From NCBI GenBank assembly GCA_016206515.1, contig JACQRN010000211.1:1-39468 (forward strand): a stretch of DNA of 39,468 nt. The letters run 5' to 3'. The notes under the pieces are model-generated. The model was not told where the DNA came from. It made no database searches and saw only the letters and a list, made by a program, of their open reading frames with translations. The position numbers and the translations under genes were made by a program. Position 1 is the stretch's first letter; every line of letters begins with the position of its first letter. This stretch comes from Planctomycetota bacterium (GTDB lineage: Bacteria; Planctomycetota; SBBH01; JACQRN01). Below, piece by piece: positions 16,393 to 23,501 of this stretch.

Positions 16393-18134
16393 CGCAACCG
16401 GACCGCCGTAGTCCCCGACACGCTGCGCGTCCCGTCGGAGACCGTCAGGCTCACCTGGACCACTTCGGAGGCGATGGTCACGTCGTCCCAGACCCCCAGC
16501 GCGCCGTCCGTGACCGTCTGCCAGGAGACGGTTCCGTCGTCGAACGTGCCACCGGCATGGCTGTGGATCTGCGCGTACCCGACCCCCGAATCGAGGTAGA
16601 CGAGCACCCCGGCGGTGCCGAGCCGCATCTTCACCTTGTACGCGGTTCCGGCGGTCCACGCCGCCAGCGAGTCGGTGGCCTGCTGGGAGATCCCCCCCAG
16701 GTTGTAGAAAAAGCGGACGGTGTTGTCGCTGCGGAACTCGACCGCGTAGCCGGTGTCCGACGCATCCCAGGTGCCGTACTGCAGCGCGTAGGCGGTCCCC
16801 GCCGCGCCCCCCCCCCCGGCGCCGACGTTCGGGAACGAGGTCCGCGCCGTGTTCGAGAAACGGACGTCGTCGAGCATGCCGTCGAGGTACGCGGCGCCCT
16901 GGAGGCTCCCCAGGGTGAGCGACTCCCCGTTCGTCCAGTCTCCCATTCGCGCCGCCGAGGCCTCCTGCGTCCCGTTGACGTACAACCGCATCGTCGTCCC
17001 GTCGTACGTCGCTGCCACGTGGGTCCATGTCCCGGCCGACACCTGCGTCGATCCCAGCGCCGTCGAACCGTTCCCGGCCCCCGTGTCCACGCGGAACTGG
17101 AACTTCCGGCTGCTCTCCAGCGTCAGTTCGAACCCGTCGTCCGACCCCGACCTCTTCCCGGCGATCCCCTGCACGCTCCCCGACCCCACCGTGTCGAACT
17201 TCACCCACGCCTCGATCGTGAAGCTCGCGGGATCGAGCACCGCATCGTCCGATATCTGGAGGTGGTCGTTCGTCCCATCGAACGACAGGCCGTTGCCGAA
17301 CTTCCCCGCCGTCCACTCGGTGCCCAGCATGTTCTGCAGCGGGCCGTCGCGGTTGTTCGCGCTCGCGTCGTCCGCGGACGTCCCTCCCGTCTCGTCCAGG
17401 CGCAGCAGCATCACCGTGTTCGCATCGACGGTCAGCGCGGTGTCGGAGGTCCCGGCGCCGCCGGGGGTGTAGGTGGCCTCGACGACCAGGCCGGACCGGC
17501 GGAAGGTCCCGGCCGAGCGGATCCCGTTCGCCTCGGAACTCCCGTTGCCGGTCACGCGCATCGTGGAGAGCGACTCGACAACGTTCGACCCCGAATCGGT
17601 CTTCGTCCACTTCGCGGTGTCGATCGCGTCGTCGTTGAAGTCGTCGGTCTGCGACTCGTACGTGGCGCGGAACGCCGTGACCCCCTGCGCAAGATCCTGC
17701 GCGGTCCCGTACCCGCCCCCCGTGTCGGTCGAGCGCTGCAGCGTCGAGCCGGAAATCGCGTACTTCACCTTCTCCGTCCCGGAGCCGGTGTCCAGGAGGT
17801 ACGTCGTGGTCAGTTCCAGCAGGGTGGTGTTCGCCGCGTTCACGGCGGTCCCGTAGCGCCCCTCCCGCTCGATCCTCGACAGCGCGACCCGCAGATTCTG
17901 CAGAAGATCCCCCCTCCCGTTATGGTCGCGCCAGACGCGCACCCCCATCGCCAGGGCACCCGCCATGGACGTCGAGATCACCCCGACGATCGCCATGGCC
18001 ATCACCAGTTCGACGAGCGTCAGCCCCGGCGGACGCGGGCGCTTACAACCCGTGACAGAACGTCGCAGAAGATCCCGCGAAGCGCGAGGCGTCCAGCGTC
18101 CAGCGGGGTTCTGCAACAGCCTCTCACTCGGCAT
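16389..18134 (-). CDS. large minor pseudopilin with a LamG/concanavalin-like domain (GspJ position)
   Basis: Prepilin motif G|LTLVELVMAMAIVGVIS. The LamG_3-like core is LSFDGTNDHLQISDDAVLDPASFTIEAWVKFD...GTWTHVAATYDGTTMRLYVNG...LDGMLDDVRFSN. The start is uncertain: ATG 18134 gives a 37-aa leader and an 11-nt overlap with the upstream gene. Confidence 0.8.
   Translation of the reverse strand: MPSERLLQNPAGRWTPRASRDLLRRSVTGCKRPRPPGLTLVELVMAMAIVGVISTSMAGALAMGVRVWRDHNGRGDLLQNLRVALSRIEREGRYGTAVNAANTTLLELTTTYLLDTGSGTEKVKYAISGSTLQRSTDTGGGYGTAQDLAQGVTAFRATYESQTDDFNDDAIDTAKWTKTDSGSNVVESLSTMRVTGNGSSEANGIRSAGTFRRSGLVVEATYTPGGAGTSDTALTVDANTVMLLRLDETGGTSADDASANNRDGPLQNMLGTEWTAGKFGNGLSFDGTNDHLQISDDAVLDPASFTIEAWVKFDTVGSGSVQGIAGKRSGSDDGFELTLESSRKFQFRVDTGAGNGSTALGSTQVSAGTWTHVAATYDGTTMRLYVNGTQEASAARMGDWTNGESLTLGSLQGAAYLDGMLDDVRFSNTARTSFPNVGAGGGGAAGTAYALQYGTWDASDTGYAVEFRSDNTVRFFYNLGGISQQATDSLAAWTAGTAYKVKMRLGTAGVLVYLDSGVGYAQIHSHAGGTFDDGTVSWQTVTDGALGVWDDVTIASEVVQVSLTVSDGTRSVSGTTAVRLR
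16807..16817 (-). repeat. G11 homopolymer (C11 on + strand) inside the LamG pseudopilin coding sequence
   Basis: Encodes GAGGGGAAG (GCC GGG GGG GGG GGC). The length is cross-checked against the opposite-strand ORF translation (RRAPPPGAD). Confidence 0.8.
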
Positions 18135-18510
18135 TGGCGCGGTAGGCGACCAGGCTGCGCGAACTGGGGCGGTTCGACAGGCCGGTCCAGGTGATGGTCG
18201 CGACGATCTTCTTGAGATTCGCCTGCGGGGTCGTGACGACCGTCTCGACCTGGAAGGAGGCGTCCTCGGGTACCGCCGCGATCGTGACGGACGCGACCTC
18301 CGCATACGGCCGCGCGATCTGCGCCTCCACCTCCCGCCGCAGGTACCCGTGCGCCAAGGTGCGCTGCTTGGCGATCCGCTCCGACAGGATGCCGACCTGG
18401 AGGATTTCGGTCGCCGAGACGATCGAGATCGACAGCAACATCAGGGCGAAGAGAACCTCCACCAGGGTAAACCCCTCCGCAAGCCGCCCGACGGGCCGCG
18501 CCGTCGCCAC
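18124..18510 (-). CDS. GspI/PilV-like minor pseudopilin
   Basis: GTG at 18510 gives the leader VATARPVGRLAEG followed by G|FTLVEVLFALMLLSISIV (Glu +5). 128 aa, with small beta-rich C-terminal part. Confidence 0.75.
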   Translation of the reverse strand: MATARPVGRLAEGFTLVEVLFALMLLSISIVSATEILQVGILSERIAKQRTLAHGYLRREVEAQIARPYAEVASVTIAAVPEDASFQVETVVTTPQANLKKIVATITWTGLSNRPSSRSLVAYRANAE

Positions 18511-18530
18511 GCCGCAGTCTACCCCGGCGC

Positions 18531-18992
18531 CTACTGGATCTTCACGATCCCGGTCCCGGCCACGACCGTGACGGTCTTGGCACCCCCCCGGGCGATCGAC
18601 AGGAGCGCCTGCCCACCGGCGGAGGGCCCTCCGGAACCGTCGAAGTCGACCCGGTCGGAGGGAAATGTGGTCGAGTCGATCCGTGCGTGCCGGGGAAGGA
18701 CGACCGTCTCCTGCGCCGTGAAGCTCCCGCCCCCGGCATCCACCTCGAGCGTGGCGCGATCGAGCGCCGTGTCGAAGGTGACGCGCCAGGCGCGGTTCTC
18801 GGCCACCGCGCGCGCCTGCGCCTCGCGCAGAAGCGCGCGCAACTGCGAGGCCGCCGCGTCGAGATCCCGCAATGCGGCCGACTCCCCGATCTTGACCGCC
18901 CCGGTCACCGCCAGGACCGCCACGATCACGAGGATGAACGCGATCTCGATGAGGGTCATGCCGCGAACCACCCGGAAGCGCGGGATCCTCAT
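18531..18992 (-). CDS. GspH/FimT-like minor pseudopilin, first gene of the operon
   Basis: ATG 18992. Leader MRIPRFRVVRG followed by G|MTLIEIAFILVIVAVLAV (Glu +5). GspH-like segment AASQLRALLREAQARAVAENR...VTF. 153 aa. Confidence 0.8.
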   Translation of the reverse strand: MRIPRFRVVRGMTLIEIAFILVIVAVLAVTGAVKIGESAALRDLDAAASQLRALLREAQARAVAENRAWRVTFDTALDRATLEVDAGGGSFTAQETVVLPRHARIDSTTFPSDRVDFDGSGGPSAGGQALLSIARGGAKTVTVVAGTGIVKIQ

Positions 18993-19058
18993 GGCGGGCC
19001 CCCGGGATCTTAACTCCTCGAATCGACACCCCGCGCGAGTCGAGGTACCCTTCGCACC

Positions 19059-20012
19059 ATGAGGACTCCCGGCCCTCGCCCCCACACCTGCTCGACGTGC
19101 GGGGTGACGTACGACCTGTCCGGGGTCCCGCCGGGGTTCGCGGCCGCCTGCCCGGGGTGCAGGACTCCCGCCGCCCCCTCCGGAGGAGGGAGCGGCGGGA
19201 TCCGTGCCGCCATGATCGGCGGGGCGGTCCTCGCCGCCGGGGCGCTCCTGTTCGGGATCTACCTGCTCGCCTCCGGACCGCACGCCGTCGAGGGGGCGTG
19301 GGTCGGACAGATGGAGTGGCCGGGGGAGCCGAAGCCGAGGGTCCTTTCCTTCTACTTCGAAAGGGCCGGTGACGACTCCTTCCGGGGAACCGCCTCGGTC
19401 GCGATCATCACGGAGCCGACGATCCCGATCGTGCAGATGCTGGAGGCGGAGGTGCGGGAGGGGAAGTTCGTGGGGGGGACCGTCCGCTTCACGCTGCGGT
19501 TCGACGGATCGTTCGGGCACGACGACGAGGTGTCGTTCGAGGGGGAGTTCACGCGGGGGGGAGAGAAGATCGAAGGGACGTGGTCGGCCGGGGCGGGCGC
19601 GTCCGGGACGTTCTCGATCCGGACGGTGGAGTCGGCAACCGCCCCCGCGCCGGAGGGGTCCCGGCGGGAGGAAGCGCCCGTTGAGGCTGCACCCCCCCTG
19701 CCCCCGGCGCCGGTGGAGGGGGGATACAACCCCGGCGGGAAGTTCCGGCACTCGTACGGCCTCGGGGTAGTCCTGGATGGGGCGTGCCGCGTCCTGCGCG
19801 TCGAGCCCGGCTCGCCCGCGGAGGGGTGCGGCGTGACCGTCGGCATGCAGCTCGCCCTCGACCAGAGGGCGGGGACCTGGGATTTCAACCGCTCCGCCTT
19901 CGAATGGATGGCGGACCAGAACGGCCCCGGAAGCCCCGTCCTCCTCTACCGCTACTCCGGTGATTTCGGCGACGGCACGAACTTCACGGTCGACCGCGTG
20001 GATCTGCGGTAG
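19059..20012 (+). CDS. membrane protein: N-terminal zinc ribbon, one TM, beta-rich domain, C-terminal PDZ-like domain
   Basis: CSTC...CPGC within the first 35 aa. TM is AAMIGGAVLAAGALLFGIYLLA. The PDZ-like end is GLGVVLDGACRVLRVEPGSPAEGCGVTVGMQL. Divergent from the filament operon across a 66-nt spacer. Confidence 0.7.
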   Translation: MRTPGPRPHTCSTCGVTYDLSGVPPGFAAACPGCRTPAAPSGGGSGGIRAAMIGGAVLAAGALLFGIYLLASGPHAVEGAWVGQMEWPGEPKPRVLSFYFERAGDDSFRGTASVAIITEPTIPIVQMLEAEVREGKFVGGTVRFTLRFDGSFGHDDEVSFEGEFTRGGEKIEGTWSAGAGASGTFSIRTVESATAPAPEGSRREEAPVEAAPPLPPAPVEGGYNPGGKFRHSYGLGVVLDGACRVLRVEPGSPAEGCGVTVGMQLALDQRAGTWDFNRSAFEWMADQNGPGSPVLLYRYSGDFGDGTNFTVDRVDLR

Positions 20013-20016
20013 CGCC

Positions 20017-21999
20017 CTACCCCCGCCGGTATCCCTTCCTCAACTCCCGCCGCATCACCTTGTTCGACGCCGTGCGCGGCAGAGACGCAACGATCACGAG
20101 GTCCGAGATCCGGAACAGGGGGTTGAGCCTCTCGCGGACCGCCTTCTGCAGTGCGGCGAGAGCCACGTCCCGCGCGAGCGCGGTCCCCTCACGCGGGACG
20201 GCGAAGACCACCAGTTCGCTCGGCCCCCCCGCGGGAGGGTCGCAGGCGATCGCCGCGGTCTCGCGCACCCCCTCGACCGCATTGCAGGCGCGCTCGATCT
20301 CGACGGACGACACCTTGATCCCGCCGAGGTTCATCGTGTCGTCGACGCGGCCGTGGGCGCGCCAGAGGCCGCCGGGGAGGCGGCTGAACTCATCGCCGTG
20401 GCGGCGCAACACCTCCCCGCGCGGTCCGCGCGGCGTCCCCTCGTAGTACACCTCGTGGTGGTCGCGGTTCAGGAGCGATGTCGACAAGCCGATCGACGGG
20501 GGGACGACGAACAGTTCCCCGGCGTCGGCGGGGAGCCCCCTCTCGTCGAGGATCGCCAGGTCGAGCCCCAGCGCGGGGGTCGTGAACGCCGACGGGACGT
20601 TCGACTGCACGACCGTCGAGGCGAGGAACCCCCCGCCGATTTCGGTCCCGCCGCAGTACTCGATGACCGGGGCGTACCCGCGCACGCGCGACATCAGCCA
20701 GAACATGTCGTCGGGGTTCGAGCACTCCCCGGTCGAGGAGAAGGTCCGGACGGCGTTCCAGTCCGCGCCGTCCCCGGCGAGCCGGTCGAGCGCCCCCGTA
20801 TTGCGCCAGGTCTTCACCAGGGTCGGGACCACCCCGAGCATCGTCACCCCCGCATCCTTCACGAACCGCGCGAACGGCTTCCCCGTGGGGGTCCCGTCGA
20901 ACAAGGCGATCGCCGCGCCGTTGGCGAGCGCGGCGAAGACGAGCCACGGCCCCATCATCCAGCCGAGCGACGTCGGCCACGCCAGGACGTCGTCCTCATG
21001 GATGTCGTGGTGGAGCCACGCGTCCGCAACACACTTGATCGGAGTGGTCTGCGTCCAGGGGATCACCTTCGGATCGCCGGTCGTCCCGGAGGAGAACAGG
21101 ATGTTCGCCGCGTCGTGCGGATCGCGCTGGACCGATTCGAACGGCCTCTGGGGCCCGAGGAACTCCTCCCACCGGACGTCGCCGGGGCGGAGCGGAGGCG
21201 TTCCGCCAAACGCCGACAGGACGATCGCGCGGGGAGCCCCCGCCTGGGAGACCTTCGAATAGAGAGGAAGCTCCTTCCCACCCCGCAGCATGACGTCCTG
21301 GGTGAATACCCCCTTCGCGCGGGCGAGACGCAGGCGCGTGGCGATCTCGTCCGGGGCGAAGGAGTCGGCAATCGACACGCACGCGCATCCGGCGAGAAGG
21401 ATCCCGAGATAGATCGCGACCGCCTCGGCATGCATCGGCAGGTCGACCGCGACGGCGTCGCCGGGGACGAACCCGGCACGGGCCAGGCTGTGCGCGACGC
21501 GATCCGCCAGCGCGCGCAGATCGCGCAGGGGCATGCGCCGGAGGACGCCGTCCTCGCGCGCGCAGACGATCGCCACGCGGTCCGGATCCCCCCGGAAGCA
21601 CGAGTCGGCGATGTTCAGGCGCGCGCCGGGGAACCACCGGGGCGACTCGACGCCCGCTGACAGGTCGGCGACACGCGCGTAGGGCCGCGCCAGACGGATC
21701 CCGAGCCTGCGGACCATCCGGTTCCAGAACGCCTCGCGGTCCGCGACCGACCAGGCATGGAGTGCCGGCACATCCGCCGCGCCGACCTCGCGCGCGAGCG
21801 CCGTGACGTTCGCTCGCGCGGCCCTCTCCGGCGACGGCACCCACGCCGGGGGCGGTCCCAAGACCTCCGCGTCCCAACACGCGAACGCCTTCGCGTGCGC
21901 CTCCCGGTGGACCTCGAACGGGAGGCCCGGATGCAGAACCTCGTCGCAGAGGCGCCGCCAGGACGTCAGGGGATCGCGCGGGTCCGAGGCGAATGCCAC
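20017..21999 (-). CDS. AMP-dependent synthetase/ligase (acyl/acetyl-CoA synthetase-like, ANL superfamily)
   Basis: 660 aa. Motifs FSSGTTGDPKVIPWT, YCGGTEIGG, DDTMNLGGIKVSSVEIE and LPRTASNKVMRR (A10 Lys). Substrate not assignable from sequence alone. Confidence 0.85.
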   Translation of the reverse strand: MAFASDPRDPLTSWRRLCDEVLHPGLPFEVHREAHAKAFACWDAEVLGPPPAWVPSPERAARANVTALAREVGAADVPALHAWSVADREAFWNRMVRRLGIRLARPYARVADLSAGVESPRWFPGARLNIADSCFRGDPDRVAIVCAREDGVLRRMPLRDLRALADRVAHSLARAGFVPGDAVAVDLPMHAEAVAIYLGILLAGCACVSIADSFAPDEIATRLRLARAKGVFTQDVMLRGGKELPLYSKVSQAGAPRAIVLSAFGGTPPLRPGDVRWEEFLGPQRPFESVQRDPHDAANILFSSGTTGDPKVIPWTQTTPIKCVADAWLHHDIHEDDVLAWPTSLGWMMGPWLVFAALANGAAIALFDGTPTGKPFARFVKDAGVTMLGVVPTLVKTWRNTGALDRLAGDGADWNAVRTFSSTGECSNPDDMFWLMSRVRGYAPVIEYCGGTEIGGGFLASTVVQSNVPSAFTTPALGLDLAILDERGLPADAGELFVVPPSIGLSTSLLNRDHHEVYYEGTPRGPRGEVLRRHGDEFSRLPGGLWRAHGRVDDTMNLGGIKVSSVEIERACNAVEGVRETAAIACDPPAGGPSELVVFAVPREGTALARDVALAALQKAVRERLNPLFRISDLVIVASLPRTASNKVMRRELRKGYRRG

Positions 22000-22041
22000 G
22001 CCTGGATTCTACGCCGGGCCTTGGAACCGGTCCCGAAACCT

Positions 22042-22161
22042 CCTGTCGTCCCGAGGACCGCGATGTTTCCGCGGACCGAGGGACCTGTGTTGGACGCTCG
22101 ACCGATGAACACAGGTCCCTCGTCGCTCGATCGCAACTCGCTCGCTCCTCGGGACGACAGG
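22042..22161. repeat. nested pair of perfect 15-bp inverted repeats (120-nt potential long hairpin)
   Basis: Outer arms are CCTGTCGTCCCGAGG (22042-22056) and CCTCGGGACGACAGG (22147-22161). Inner arms are CGAGGGACCTGTGTT (22077-22091) and AACACAGGTCCCTCG (22108-22122), with a 16-nt apical loop. The text was verified against the ORF-track translation covering the region. Confidence 0.85.
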
Positions 22162-22255
22162 GAGCCGGACGACGAGCGCCGTTTCCTCCGGATAGGAAGG
22201 AACCGCAGGGCGCCGGGGAGCGTCTCACGAGACGGGAATGGAAAGGGGGAGGACG

Positions 22256-23491
22256 ATGGGGACGAAATCAAGCGCGGTCGTGGCGGCGGGGCTTCTGGCC
22301 CTGACGGGGTCGACGGGGATCCTGGCGGACGAGGTGCTCTCTCCCCAGGTGCAGGCACAAGCACCGCGGATCGACCCGAAACCCTTGAGCGCGAACGTGC
22401 AGCGCGGCCTGGCGTATCTGGCGGAGCGGCAGCTTCCAGGCGGCGGCTGGGGCCAGGGGGACGAGTCCGCGAATATCCGTAGCGGCGAAGGGAACGGAGC
22501 CAATGTCGCCGACACCTGCATGGCCGCGCTCGCGCTCCTGCGCGCCGGAAGCATCCCTACGGCGGGTGCGCATGCGCAGAACCTGTGCCGGGCCGTCTCC
22601 TATGTCTGCTCGGAGGTCGAGGCGGCGGACCGGGACTCCCTGTTCGTGACCTCCGTGCGCGGCACGCGGGTCCAGGGGAAGATCGGGAACGCGATCGACA
22701 CGTTCCTCGCCGCGAACCTCCTGGCGGAGGTCCGCAACCGGATGGCGGATGACGCCGCCAACGCGCGCGTGACCGCGGCGCTCGACAAGGTGCTTGACAA
22801 GATCGAGCGGAACCAGCGCGCCGACGGAACCTGGGAGGGCGAGGGGTGGGCACCGGTCCTGTCCCAGGGGATGGCCGCCCGCGCGGTCAATCGCGCAGCC
22901 CAGTCGGGGGCCGAAGTCCCCGCGTCGGTCCGCGCACGCACGGAGGCGAACGCGCGGGGCGCCTTCGACGAGGCATCCGGACGTTTTGCCGGCGGGCCTG
23001 GGGACGCGGGGGTCGGCTTGTACGGCTCCTCTGCGTCGCTGGGCGCGATGCAAGAGTCCGAGAATACGAACCGCAAGCGGGAGGACGACCTGCGCGCACG
23101 CCTCGCGGAGGCGCCGAGCGCCGAACAAGCCGAGATCCAGGGAGAGCTCGGACGCATCGAGGGGAATCGGCGGGAACTCCGACAGGCGCGTGCCTCCATG
23201 GTCGAGCAGCTCAAGGACGAGAGGTTTGTACAGGGGTTCGGCTCGAACGGCGGAGAGGAGTTCCTCTCCTACGTGCAGATCGGCGAGTCGCTCCTGGCGG
23301 CGGGGGGCGAGGAGTGGCGGGCGTGGGACGCCTCGATGACCGCCAACCTTGAGCGCGTCCAGAATGAGGACGGCTCCTGGACCGGCCACCACTGCATCAC
23401 GGGGCGTACGTTCTGCACCTCTACGGCGCTGCTGGTTCTGATGGTCGACCGGACGACCGAGCCCTTGAGCGACGCGGTGCGCAGAAGGTAG
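22256..23491 (+). CDS. secreted prenyltransferase/squalene-oxidase (terpene-cyclase-like alpha/alpha toroid) repeat protein
   Basis: ATG 22256 follows GGGGGAGG. Signal peptide is SSAVVAAGLLALTGSTGILA. Repeats of the Q..DG.W type: ERQLPGGGWGQ, RNQRADGTWEGEGW, VQNEDGSWTGHH. A charged helical insert lies at NRKREDDLRARLAEAPSAEQAEIQGELGRIEGNRRELRQ. Confidence 0.75.
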   Translation: MGTKSSAVVAAGLLALTGSTGILADEVLSPQVQAQAPRIDPKPLSANVQRGLAYLAERQLPGGGWGQGDESANIRSGEGNGANVADTCMAALALLRAGSIPTAGAHAQNLCRAVSYVCSEVEAADRDSLFVTSVRGTRVQGKIGNAIDTFLAANLLAEVRNRMADDAANARVTAALDKVLDKIERNQRADGTWEGEGWAPVLSQGMAARAVNRAAQSGAEVPASVRARTEANARGAFDEASGRFAGGPGDAGVGLYGSSASLGAMQESENTNRKREDDLRARLAEAPSAEQAEIQGELGRIEGNRRELRQARASMVEQLKDERFVQGFGSNGGEEFLSYVQIGESLLAAGGEEWRAWDASMTANLERVQNEDGSWTGHHCITGRTFCTSTALLVLMVDRTTEPLSDAVRRR

Positions 23492-23501
23492 ACCACACCT
23501 T

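Noticed and set aside
20996-22228. 410-aa - strand ORF crossing the ligase 5' end and the intergenic hairpin element
   Set aside because: It is out of frame with the ligase, R/G/P-rich, and runs through the inverted-repeat element. I treat it as a shadow ORF.
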